From NCBI GenBank assembly GCA_964507645.1, contig CAZDPU010000005.1, forward strand, positions 1 to 59,504: a DNA stretch of 59,504 bases, read 5' to 3'. Positions 46,379 to 55,705 of the stretch are shown piece by piece. Below the pieces are notes generated by a model. It was not told the DNA's origin, did no database searches, and saw only the letters and a program-made list of their open reading frames with translations. The stretch comes from an uncultured bacterium. Lineage in GTDB: Bacteria > UBP7 > UBA6624. Numbering within the stretch: the stretch's first letter is position 1; the number at the start of each line of letters is the position of its first letter. A program made the translations under genes and the position numbers.

Positions 46379-47703
46379 TCAGATTCTTCATCTCCCGTCT
46401 CTTCAATTAATCCTAAATCGTGCAAAAATGTAACCAGTATTTGACTGCCCAATTCACCCACTCCATCCATTGCTTGTAAATCACTTTCGCTAAAAGTAAA
46501 TAGGTCTTTAACAATTTTTACATTATTTTTTTCAAGAGATTCGATAAGCCATTTTGGAAATTGGAATGTTGCTTCGGTTAATTCTTTTTCAGGAAGAGTC
46601 TCAAAAGAAGTTGTATCCCATATATCTATAGACCAACCTGTTATCCTTGTTGCAAGACTCACATTTTCACCTTCGCTTCCAATGGCTTTGTTTTTTTCAT
46701 CCATAGGTACAATCACAATTGCTTTTCTTTTTGGATTATCTTCCTCTTCAGAATCTAAAGTCAGGTAATTTAGCAATCTCACATTATTAAAATCAACATT
46801 TACTGGCCTCATTGAATTTGCAATAAAGTGCCTTGGCCTTTCATCCCATTTCACAACATCAATTTTTTCTTGAGAAAGCTCCTTGATTACAGCTTGAATT
46901 CTTCTTCCCCCAGGTCCTATACACGCACCAAGAGGCTCCACTGAATCGCTATAAGAATGAACAGCAACTTTTGCTCGATGCCCGGGCTTCCTGACAACTC
47001 TTTTTATCTCTATCACCCCATCTGAAACTTCCGGAATATTTTCCTCCATCAACAATTTTAAAAATTCAGGATGCGTCCTAGAAAGAAGCAATTGGGGTCT
47101 TCCGGACCTATCTTTAGCTACAGAGTAGACGTAAGCACGAACTCCGCTTTTAAGTCTTTGCTTCCTAGATTCTCCGAATATCCTCTCTGACTTTCTTAAT
47201 ATTCCTTCTATCTTTCCAACTTCAACCCAAGCAGTATCTCTTATTGCCTTGTATATTTCTCCATAAACATTGTTTCCTTCCATCTCTCCTGCCTTGGAAT
47301 ACAAATTATGCTTTTCGTAATCAGAAATGCTTTCATCAAGAATAGTTAAAGATTTTCTAATAGCTATTCTGCTTAGTTTTTGAAAATCTAAAGGATCTGG
47401 GTAAAAAGCCCTGATAGGCAAATCCAAACCTTTTTTTCTAATTTCCTCAATCGATATTTCAAACTCTTCGTCTACAACTGTAGTGACTATTCTCTTTAAT
47501 AAAAAAGCCTTTATTGTTCCCCTTATTAAATCAACATCAACCTTAAAGTTCTCTGGTGCATTATCTAGACCAAATTCACTAGAATAAGCAGACTCAAAAG
47601 CATTTCTCAAAGACTCCTTTAATTCATTTTCACTGATAGCTCTATTTTTTAATATATTGCTAATCTCATCTTTCAGATCTATAAAATATGTTTTTTCACT
47701 CAT
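46375..47703 (-). CDS. nusA: Transcription termination/antitermination factor NusA
   Basis: S1 and two KH domains (GACIGPGGRRIQ), plus a C-terminal acidic repeat region. Confidence 0.93.
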   Translation of the reverse strand: MSEKTYFIDLKDEISNILKNRAISENELKESLRNAFESAYSSEFGLDNAPENFKVDVDLIRGTIKAFLLKRIVTTVVDEEFEISIEEIRKKGLDLPIRAFYPDPLDFQKLSRIAIRKSLTILDESISDYEKHNLYSKAGEMEGNNVYGEIYKAIRDTAWVEVGKIEGILRKSERIFGESRKQRLKSGVRAYVYSVAKDRSGRPQLLLSRTHPEFLKLLMEENIPEVSDGVIEIKRVVRKPGHRAKVAVHSYSDSVEPLGACIGPGGRRIQAVIKELSQEKIDVVKWDERPRHFIANSMRPVNVDFNNVRLLNYLTLDSEEEDNPKRKAIVIVPMDEKNKAIGSEGENVSLATRITGWSIDIWDTTSFETLPEKELTEATFQFPKWLIESLEKNNVKIVKDLFTFSESDLQAMDGVGELGSQILVTFLHDLGLIEETGDEESE

Positions 47704-47706
47704 AAT

Positions 47707-48144
47707 TCAACTCCTATTCATGCCCCTTACGTTTTTTAATAGTCCAAATGGTATATAAAAAATACCATTCTTTGCCTCAACAACCAAACAGTTTTCATAA
47801 CTTTTCAAAAATCCAAAAAATGCTTTTGAATTATTTTTCATTTTAAAAACAACCTCTTTTCCAAACCAGCGTTGAAAATGTTTCGTTTTTGTCAAAACAG
47901 GCTCAACTCCGGGGGAAGAGACTTCGAGAAGTCCCTTTTCTAAAATATTTCCAATCGTAGAATTTTTCAAAACTCTAGAGACTTTGACACAATCATTTAT
48001 ATTCACTGGACTATCTAAAAAAACAGTGAACTTCAAATTAGGACCGTTGCCTCTAATAGAAATATCCCATATTGTATATCCCAAATCACCTATCTCTCTA
48101 GTAATGTTGTCAATCAATTCGACTCTATCCATCAACTTAACCAA
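47707..48144 (-). CDS. rimP: Ribosome maturation factor RimP
   Basis: Position upstream of nusA, the LEVSSPG motif, and size. Confidence 0.85.
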   Translation of the reverse strand: MVKLMDRVELIDNITREIGDLGYTIWDISIRGNGPNLKFTVFLDSPVNINDCVKVSRVLKNSTIGNILEKGLLEVSSPGVEPVLTKTKHFQRWFGKEVVFKMKNNSKAFFGFLKSYENCLVVEAKNGIFYIPFGLLKNVRGMNRS

Positions 48145-48761
48145 CCTTTAACGACTTCCCAATACATTCTTAATCTTTTTATTATTCCAACAATGTAACC
48201 ATGTTTTTTTTCTTTCGTTACCTGCCCTACTCCAAAAAGATCTATTTTTTTAACCTTCCATTTTTCTGTTTCTGCAAAATTATTTAAAGCAGTTTCAAAA
48301 CCATATCCACTAACTTCATCAAAAGGGAAATTTTTTATTTTTTTAGAGAGTACAGCTCTTTGTCCAGATAAGCCAGGAGCAATTATCTGAGCAAAATCAG
48401 TACCAACCTTTCCTCCTTTGAATATTCCAACGGACATATCACAATCTTTTTTTAAGACCGGATTAACAATTGAGTCTATGTGGGAGGTCCTTAGTCCAAC
48501 AAGATCAGCATCTATAAACAATATACACTCATGCTTAACACAAGCAAGACCCATGTATATAGCTGAAGTTTTTCCCAGATTGTCTGGAAGAGACATAACA
48601 ATTACCCCTGGAATTCTTTTAGCTGCTGCAGTCGTTCCATCTCTTGAGCCATCATCGACAACTATAACCTGATTCACTTTTTTGCTCTTTGTTAAGGTGC
48701 TTAAAACATGAGCTATCCTTGGAGCTTCATTGTGTGCAGGAACAATTACTGAAACTTTCAT
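48132..48761 (-). CDS. Family 2 glycosyltransferase (small, soluble)
   Basis: VSVIVPAHNE, VIVVDDGSRDGT and FIDADL. Confidence 0.8.
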   Translation of the reverse strand: MKVSVIVPAHNEAPRIAHVLSTLTKSKKVNQVIVVDDGSRDGTTAAAKRIPGVIVMSLPDNLGKTSAIYMGLACVKHECILFIDADLVGLRTSHIDSIVNPVLKKDCDMSVGIFKGGKVGTDFAQIIAPGLSGQRAVLSKKIKNFPFDEVSGYGFETALNNFAETEKWKVKKIDLFGVGQVTKEKKHGYIVGIIKRLRMYWEVVKGWLS

Positions 48762-50242
48762 GAAGGTATCAACCTTGTTAAATCTCTTATTGTGACTACT
48801 AAAAACAAAATTATCAAAGCATATCCTCCAACAGTTAACAAAGACTTGGTTATCTTTTCTCTAAAAATTTTCTTTTTTGACTTAGGAACAAAACTCTCTG
48901 ATATTTCAATGACTATCCTTCCGCCATCAAGATTTGGGAAAAAAACCAAACATAAATTAAGAAGACCCAAGTTAATTGAAAGCAAAGCCAAAAAACTCAT
49001 TGCACTTTCTAAACCTTGTCGAACAACCTCTGAAGAAATTGAAAGGATTGCAACAGGACCTCCAACATTGTCAAAAGCTTTTTTCTCAAACCTAAAAACA
49101 CCTCCAACAAAATTAAAAATTTGTGCTATGGCAAAAGATGTATTTGATATCGCTGTTGAAACAACATCGAAACCTTTAACTTTTTTTGTTTTAGCCTTGA
49201 ATGAAAAACTTTTCAAAAGATTTACCCTTTCAACGTCAGTCCAATAGTTACGTCCTGTTTGCAATTCAATATAAGACATTTGAACCTTTGAAGAAGAAAT
49301 CCCTGAAACATCTTCAAAAGATGTTTTTCCATCAATTGAAAATACGTTCTCAGCAACTAGAGGATCGCCTAAATAATCCCCAATATCAGACCTTTGAACC
49401 TCCAAGACAGTCCTGTCCTTCATTACGACTCTTGCTTTATCACTAACAATCAGTTCAAAAATACTCTGGGTCAAAGGTACTTTGGCTAACTCCAAGCCAG
49501 CAACTTCAAGTACTTCAACATTTCCACGATCAGGATCCGAAAAGATGCTGTCTATTTGTGGCTCTACCTTAAAGCTAATAGCTGATTTTCCAACTTGGGG
49601 CTCATAATAAATTGGACCTAAGGTTTGCCCCATCCAATCAAGATCAATGCGTATCCTTTCAGAATCAAACCTCGCTTCTTCAACTTTTGAAAAAAAATCT
49701 TTTTCATCAGGCCACTCAACTGCTTCAATCAATCTTGATTCTGTAGCAACAGCCCTGACAGTAGATCCTTTTGGGGCTATCCCTGTTATGAATTCATTAT
49801 CTATAACTTCATCAATTGTTATAAGTCTTTTGGGCTCTCCGTATAAAAAAGCGATAGCTACAAAAGCAAAAAATGCCAAAATGACATTGGCCAAAGGTCC
49901 TGCAAACAAAATGAAAACTTTTTTAAGCAAGGATATCTCGTTAAAAGACTTACCTTTCTCTTGAGTCTTGTTCTTGGGCTTATCATCATTATTTTTAGCC
50001 TCATCGTCTTCAGCCATCCCTTTTATAAGAACGTAGCCTCCAAGAGGAACAAGGTTTATCTTCCACAAGGTTTCTTTTGATTGAAACTTAAATAAACATT
50101 TGCCAAAACCAACAGCAAATTCCTGGACTCCAACACCAAATTTTTTTGCTGCAAGATAATGCCCTAACTCATGAATAAAAACAACAATGCTAAATATTAA
50201 AAGCGCTCCAAGGAAACTAAAAAACAAACTTAAATAACTCAT
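48758..50242 (-). CDS. rseP: Site-2 (M50) intramembrane zinc metalloprotease RseP
   Basis: HELGHY in TM1, a central PDZ-sized region, and the NLDGG-type motif (FPNLDGGRI). Confidence 0.88.
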   Translation of the reverse strand: MSYLSLFFSFLGALLIFSIVVFIHELGHYLAAKKFGVGVQEFAVGFGKCLFKFQSKETLWKINLVPLGGYVLIKGMAEDDEAKNNDDKPKNKTQEKGKSFNEISLLKKVFILFAGPLANVILAFFAFVAIAFLYGEPKRLITIDEVIDNEFITGIAPKGSTVRAVATESRLIEAVEWPDEKDFFSKVEEARFDSERIRIDLDWMGQTLGPIYYEPQVGKSAISFKVEPQIDSIFSDPDRGNVEVLEVAGLELAKVPLTQSIFELIVSDKARVVMKDRTVLEVQRSDIGDYLGDPLVAENVFSIDGKTSFEDVSGISSSKVQMSYIELQTGRNYWTDVERVNLLKSFSFKAKTKKVKGFDVVSTAISNTSFAIAQIFNFVGGVFRFEKKAFDNVGGPVAILSISSEVVRQGLESAMSFLALLSINLGLLNLCLVFFPNLDGGRIVIEISESFVPKSKKKIFREKITKSLLTVGGYALIILFLVVTIRDLTRLIPS

Positions 50243-50244
50243 AT

Positions 50245-51108
50245 TCAGCCATTAAAAAACAATTTAATCAAATAGTAACTTACGGGCAAAACAAATAAAA
50301 AACTATCCATACGATCCAGGATTCCTCCATGCCCAGGTATTGAATTTCCATAATCTTTAATAAATTTTTCTCTTTTTAAAACAGAAAAAGCTAAATCTCC
50401 AAGCTGTGCAACAAAACCTAAAATCAAACCAATAAGCCACCAAGAAAACAAGTTTTCACCATCGCTCATTCCCGAAAGGTAAGCAAAGAAGCACATTCCA
50501 AAAGAAGAACCCAAAAGACCCCCCAAGGTACCTTCCCATGTTTTTTTACTTACATAGGATAAATAATTATTTTTTCCAAAATATTTTCCAGAGAAAAAAG
50601 CAGCACTGTCATAAGCCCAAGCTCCAATCATTGGAACAAAAATTAAATAATTTCCTTTTTCTGGAAATAAAAAAGAACCTAAAGGATGAAGTTTAAAGAC
50701 ATAAGAAAGAAGTCCTGCTGTGAGAAAGATTCCAAAAAAAGTTATCGATATTTCAGAAATCTTATACAAGGGTTTCTTTTGTACTGCCCTAACAATATTT
50801 GCTATAGAGACTAAAAGTATGTAAACTGTTGACAAAAGCCCTATACTCTCGTATGTAAAATCTCGACTACTTTCAACAGAAAAAGCAATAATTATCATAA
50901 TCGCAGCTAAGGGGTACCCAACTAGATCAAAAGTCCTTCCACCTTCAGCCCTTACCAGCCTATAAAACTCTCTTAATCCGCTAGCTGCAACCCACATGGT
51001 TGCAATCAGCAACAATATGCCTCCCTCATTTAGTATTAATATTGTCAATATACCTAAAGAGAAACCATAAAAAAGCCTTTGCCTTAATTCTTGACTAAAC
51101 ATTTCCAT
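50245..51108 (-). CDS. cdsA: Phosphatidate cytidylyltransferase
   Basis: Signature SVLKREKFIKDYGNSIPGHGGILDRMDS. Confidence 0.92.
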   Translation of the reverse strand: MEMFSQELRQRLFYGFSLGILTILILNEGGILLLIATMWVAASGLREFYRLVRAEGGRTFDLVGYPLAAIMIIIAFSVESSRDFTYESIGLLSTVYILLVSIANIVRAVQKKPLYKISEISITFFGIFLTAGLLSYVFKLHPLGSFLFPEKGNYLIFVPMIGAWAYDSAAFFSGKYFGKNNYLSYVSKKTWEGTLGGLLGSSFGMCFFAYLSGMSDGENLFSWWLIGLILGFVAQLGDLAFSVLKREKFIKDYGNSIPGHGGILDRMDSFLFVLPVSYYLIKLFFNG

Positions 51109-51826
51109 ACCTTCTGTCTCTTAAATTAAAACTGCTTAAAATATCACAAAACTCATCTTCAGAAAATTCAGGCCAAAGAGTTTCTGTAAAAAAAAGCTCT
51201 GAATAAGCTATATCCCATAAAAGAAAATTAGATATCCTTTTTTCCCCACCAGTTCTTAACAACAAATCAACTTCGGGAAGATCGGAAGAATGCATGTTCT
51301 TTTTAAAATCCGAATCATCTATTTTTGGGAGAATAAATTTCCGTTGTGAAGATGATTGTGAACAAGATTTGAGATGATATTGATCATTTAACATCTTATT
51401 TACAGCCTTAACAATTTCATTTTTTCCTGAATAATTAACACAAACAGACAAGTTCAAATCTCTATTGCCTTTAGTTAAGGATTCTGCTTTCTTAATTATT
51501 TTTATTAAACCCTCCGGCAAATCTTTTTTATCTCCTATCATCCTAAACCTAATACCTTCTTTCAACAAGAGGGGCAACTCTTCAGACAAGGATTTCACCA
51601 TTAAGCTAAATAAACCTTTTTTCTCCTTGTCAGGCCTTGCCCAGTTTTCGGTTGAGAATGCATAAAGTGTCAACCATCTAACTCCCAAATTTCCAGATTT
51701 TTTAATTATTGACCTGGCTGTAATTGCACCTTTTTTATGCCCTTCTAGCCTAGGCATATTTCTTTTTTTTGCCCACCTTCCATTTCCATCCATAATAATA
51801 GCAACGTGATTGGGAACATTCAACAT
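51095..51826 (-). CDS. uppS: Undecaprenyl diphosphate synthase
   Basis: HVAIIMDGNGRWA, FSTENW and RTGGEKRISNFLLW. Confidence 0.94.
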   Translation of the reverse strand: MLNVPNHVAIIMDGNGRWAKKRNMPRLEGHKKGAITARSIIKKSGNLGVRWLTLYAFSTENWARPDKEKKGLFSLMVKSLSEELPLLLKEGIRFRMIGDKKDLPEGLIKIIKKAESLTKGNRDLNLSVCVNYSGKNEIVKAVNKMLNDQYHLKSCSQSSSQRKFILPKIDDSDFKKNMHSSDLPEVDLLLRTGGEKRISNFLLWDIAYSELFFTETLWPEFSEDEFCDILSSFNLRDRRYGNV

Positions 51827-51838
51827 AGATATATCCTA

Positions 51839-52399
51839 TTAATTATTTAGGATGCTTTTATTTTTAGACTCGTAAATCTCTTCTACACTCTTTTCAAAAT
51901 TCATTCTCGATTGTTCAATGAGCTCTTCGTTTCTTTTTATTTGATCTTCACTAATTTCATCTTTCAAACCATTTAATGAATTTCTTGCCTCTCTTCTAAA
52001 GTTCCTAATCTTTATTTTTGCACCTTCGGAAATCTCTTTAACTTTTTTAGAAAGATCCAATCTTGTTTCTTGTGTAAGCGGAGGAAGCTTTAAAAATATC
52101 CTCCCATCATTATGCGATACTGAAATATTTAAATTTTCTCTTATTATCTCTTTCTCAACCTCTTTTCCAACAGAAGCATCGAAAAGGTTTAACATAATGG
52201 TCAAAGCATCCTGTACAGATAGAATTCCAAGATCCTGAAGCTTGAAAGAGCCTTCCCATGAAGGAACTTCTATAGACAACTTTTCAAATGCGGCAACATT
52301 AGCTCTTCCTGCATGAAGCTTAACATACTCGCTTTTAAGGTAATCAACAGCCTCTTCACAGGACATTTCAAAAAGTTCAATAATTTCTTCTAAATCCAT
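51839..52399 (-). CDS. frr: Ribosome recycling factor
   Basis: Typical 186-aa Frr with PPLTQETR and the IRNFRREA motif. Confidence 0.93.
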   Translation of the reverse strand: MDLEEIIELFEMSCEEAVDYLKSEYVKLHAGRANVAAFEKLSIEVPSWEGSFKLQDLGILSVQDALTIMLNLFDASVGKEVEKEIIRENLNISVSHNDGRIFLKLPPLTQETRLDLSKKVKEISEGAKIKIRNFRREARNSLNGLKDEISEDQIKRNEELIEQSRMNFEKSVEEIYESKNKSILNN

Positions 52400-53137
52400 T
52401 TACTTAATTAAAGTTCCTATATTCTCTCCGGCAATTGCTCTTTTTAATGAATTTTTTTCAAAAATGCTAAAAACTCTCACAGGAATACTGTTATCTCTAC
52501 AAATAGATATAGCAGCAGAATCCATAACTCCATAATCTTCAGTTAAAAAATCTCTATACCCCAAAGAGCTTATGTGTTTTGCATTTGGATTCTTTTTTGG
52601 GTCATCGGTATAAACTCCATTTACAGAAGTTGCCTTCATTAAAGATTCACATTTTAGCTCTGCAGCTCTTAATGCAGCAGCAGAGTCTGTTGTGAAGTAA
52701 GGATTCCCAGTTCCACAAGCCAATATAACAATTCTGCCTTTTTGAAGATGCCTAAGAGCTCTTCTCCTGATGAAAGGCTCTGCCAATTGCCTCATCTCAA
52801 CTGCAGTCATGACCCTTGTTTCTCTTCCAGCATCTTCAAGAAATGATTGAAAAATAAGCGCATTCATGACTGTAGCTAACATTCCGGCACTGTCTGCGGA
52901 AGCACGTTCGACTCCATAAGATGTAGCAGGAGCACCCCTAAAAAGATTTCCCCCTCCTATCACAAGCGCTAATTCGCAACTTGAACAAGAATTGACGATA
53001 CTTTCAGCTAGTTTTTTTATTTCAGGGAAATCAAAACCAAAATCCAAATGGCCTTGAAAAAATGCCCCGGAGAGTTTGAGTAAAACCCTAGATTTTTTGT
53101 GAGACTGTGACACTTCCTCCAGCTTCCATAAAAACAA
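52400..53137 (-). CDS. pyrH: UMP kinase
   Basis: LLKLSGAFF, VIGGGNLFRG and TDSAAALRA. The ORF-track start is a TTG at 53137. A GTG at 53113 is an alternative start. Confidence 0.92.
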   Translation of the reverse strand: MFLWKLEEVSQSHKKSRVLLKLSGAFFQGHLDFGFDFPEIKKLAESIVNSCSSCELALVIGGGNLFRGAPATSYGVERASADSAGMLATVMNALIFQSFLEDAGRETRVMTAVEMRQLAEPFIRRRALRHLQKGRIVILACGTGNPYFTTDSAAALRAAELKCESLMKATSVNGVYTDDPKKNPNAKHISSLGYRDFLTEDYGVMDSAAISICRDNSIPVRVFSIFEKNSLKRAIAGENIGTLIK

Positions 53138-53708
53138 AACCTCTTACTTTTATGTTTTCCTTTATAACTGCAACCTGAGCTTCAACAGCTTGCTTAACAG
53201 TCATTTTTTCCTCTGGATCTTTAATCCATATTTGATCCATGAAACAATTTTCTGATCTCCATTTATTAAATCTGCCATCAGCGATTTTCTGTCTGACCTG
53301 TTCAGGTTTTCCCTCTTCCTCAGCTTTATTCAAAAAACCTTTCATTAAATCATTTTTAATATCTTCTGGAACACATTCTTCATTTAGATAGGTGGGCTTG
53401 TAAGCAACTACATGTTTCGCTAGATCATCAGCAAAACATATGAAAGCTTCAGTCCTTGCAACAAAATCAGTTTCGCAAGCTATATCTACAATTCCACATA
53501 ATTTCGGATTTAAAGAATGAACATATGAGCCAACTCGACCTTCTCCAGTTGACCTTCCACCCTTTGAGCTTGCTATAGCAGCACCTTGCGCCCCAATCCA
53601 CCTTACAGCTTTTTCAATGTCACCATTATTTTCAATAGCTGCCTTTTTGCACATAGACAAACCTGCTCCAGTTCTTTTTCTGACTTCCATTATCACTGAT
53701 TTATCCAT
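53088..53708 (-). CDS. tsf: Elongation factor Ts (short form)
   Basis: UBA-like N-terminus (VRKRTGAGLSMCKKA) and the core motif ACETDFVART. Confidence 0.92.
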   Translation of the reverse strand: MDKSVIMEVRKRTGAGLSMCKKAAIENNGDIEKAVRWIGAQGAAIASSKGGRSTGEGRVGSYVHSLNPKLCGIVDIACETDFVARTEAFICFADDLAKHVVAYKPTYLNEECVPEDIKNDLMKGFLNKAEEEGKPEQVRQKIADGRFNKWRSENCFMDQIWIKDPEEKMTVKQAVEAQVAVIKENIKVRGFVFMEAGGSVTVSQKI

Positions 53709-53714
53709 ATAAAT

Positions 53715-54479
53715 TTAACCTTCTTTGTCAGATTCAAGAGAATCTTCTTCAACTTTTTCGGAAAGGCTCTTCTTGGAAGCATGTCCATTTTTAACCGCTT
53801 CAGAGATTTTCCCCGCTAGCAAAGAAATACTGCCAACAGCATCATCGTTACCCGGAATTCCAATAGTAATATGATCAGGATTACTATTTGAATCAAGAAT
53901 TGCGATTACCGGAACGCCACTTTTTCTAGCTTCTAAAACCGCTATCCTGTCATGATTAACATCTGAAACAAAAATACACTGAGGCGGTTTTTCTAGATTT
54001 AAAGCACCTCCAAAAACTCTTTTGTTCCTGTCGATTTTAGTTTTATATATGCCTCTTTCTCTTTTTGTCATTTTTGACATTTTCTCATCCAGAAGACCAG
54101 CTTCAAATTTCCTAAGATTCTCCAACGTTGAACTAATTTGATCCCAGTTTGTCAAAAATCCACCTGGCCATCTCCTTGTTAAATGAGGCATGTCGCAATC
54201 TTCAGCTATTTTTTGAATCGACTCTCTCGCTTGTTTCTTCGTACCAACAAACAAAACCCTTCCACCCTCTTTAACGATATCCATAACAAGGTAATACGCC
54301 TCTTCAAGTTTTGATATTGTTTTGCTTAAATCAAGAATATGAACACCTTTCCTGACTTGAAAAACATAAGGTTTCATTTTTGGATTCCACATAGATTTTG
54401 GATGTCCAAAATGAACACCTGACTCTAGTAACTCCCTTCTTGAAATAACCTTTTCGTTAGTATCTTTTTCAACCATCAC
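53715..54479 (-). CDS. rpsB: Ribosomal protein S2
   Basis: LLESGVHFGH, FVGTKKQA and RWPGGFLTNW. Confidence 0.96.
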   Translation of the reverse strand: MMVEKDTNEKVISRRELLESGVHFGHPKSMWNPKMKPYVFQVRKGVHILDLSKTISKLEEAYYLVMDIVKEGGRVLFVGTKKQARESIQKIAEDCDMPHLTRRWPGGFLTNWDQISSTLENLRKFEAGLLDEKMSKMTKRERGIYKTKIDRNKRVFGGALNLEKPPQCIFVSDVNHDRIAVLEARKSGVPVIAILDSNSNPDHITIGIPGNDDAVGSISLLAGKISEAVKNGHASKKSLSEKVEEDSLESDKEG

Positions 54480-54502
54480 AAACTGCTATTCTAACCCAAC
54501 AA

Positions 54503-55705
54503 TCAAGGATGTTCTATTTGAGGCCAATAACCTTTAACGCTGAACAATGTTGAGTGATCGGGTCTATGGCAAGAATAACAAACATCAAAAGTTGCGACTA
54601 GGTTATTTTTTGATGGTTTAATCGAGTGTTGAATCGGATCTCCTTGATGGCAAACCACACATCCAACATTCACATAAGAATATGAAAGATCTTCATAATT
54701 CCAATTCGTTACATGACAACCTACACAATCTGGACGCAATGTCACATCCCTGTCAACAAGAGTCTCCCAAGCATGAGCATGTTTTGAATCTTTCCAAACA
54801 TCATAAGAATCTTGATGACAATTCATGCAGAATTCAGAGTTTAGGCTTTCTTTTTTATCTGTAGGAATCTTGTCTGTAAAACCTTCTTCTCTAATGGAGG
54901 CTATCATATCAACAACAAGATTGTCATCCTTCCATTTTGAACTCATATAAATTCTGTCAAAAATCATAGAGGAAAGATTCAAAGATCCAACTTCTTGACC
55001 AAAAGGCAATATCGGAGGAGACCAGACATCAGAAAAAATACCTCTATCCTCATCAGAATCTCCGATTAAATACATATTTGAATTATTGATTTCACTTATG
55101 TATTCTGCAATCATTTGATTTGACTCAATAGAGCAATCACTAATCAAGATATGAACACTTTCAGAACTAGCAAAATAATCCTGAGATTTTTTAAAATTTT
55201 CAACATCTAAACAAAGATTATTATTTTTAGGTATATAGGTAAACCTCGCCTCTTTTTGACTATCACCAAAACCAATAATTACACTTTGCAAATTATCATC
55301 AGTATTTAAAAAATCAGTTGCAAAATCCCAGGGGCCTTCTACAACAATGTCATATTCCACATGCTCATCAAAAAAACTACGCATGATTTCTGCTGTGACT
55401 TCCGGAACTGGATCATTATGACTTTCATCATGGCCCCAATTGCCAAGATCAACCCATATTGAATTTTGATACTCATTTTTGAGAGAAGCTATTCTTGGCA
55501 AACCACCAGCCATATCTTCTGAACAGCCACAAATATCTATAAAGCCTTTGAGATCTTTAGTAAAAAAAACCCTGGCTTCATCTTTGTCTGAATTTTTGGT
55601 AAGGTTTTCTGAAACAACGGGATCTGAAGACTTGCGTGAAAAAAACAATTCACAACCATTAAGAAAGAAAAAAAGAAAAAAAATTAAAAACTTAAATCTC
55701 ATCAA
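54503..55705 (-). CDS. Lipoprotein tetraheme c-type cytochrome with large unrecognised N-terminal domain
   Basis: Lipobox FLNGC. Four CxxCH motifs (CMNCH, CVGCH, CVVCH, CYSCH) sit in the last ~115 aa. Confidence 0.8.
   Translation of the reverse strand: MMRFKFLIFFLFFFLNGCELFFSRKSSDPVVSENLTKNSDKDEARVFFTKDLKGFIDICGCSEDMAGGLPRIASLKNEYQNSIWVDLGNWGHDESHNDPVPEVTAEIMRSFFDEHVEYDIVVEGPWDFATDFLNTDDNLQSVIIGFGDSQKEARFTYIPKNNNLCLDVENFKKSQDYFASSESVHILISDCSIESNQMIAEYISEINNSNMYLIGDSDEDRGIFSDVWSPPILPFGQEVGSLNLSSMIFDRIYMSSKWKDDNLVVDMIASIREEGFTDKIPTDKKESLNSEFCMNCHQDSYDVWKDSKHAHAWETLVDRDVTLRPDCVGCHVTNWNYEDLSYSYVNVGCVVCHQGDPIQHSIKPSKNNLVATFDVCYSCHRPDHSTLFSVKGYWPQIEHP

Noticed and set aside
53088-53137. The 50-nt tsf/pyrH overlap as a sign of a frameshift or mis-assembly
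   Set aside because: The track start of pyrH is a TTG. An in-frame GTG at 53113 gives a normal-length PyrH N-terminus and cuts the overlap to 26 nt. Both proteins are otherwise full-length and conserved.
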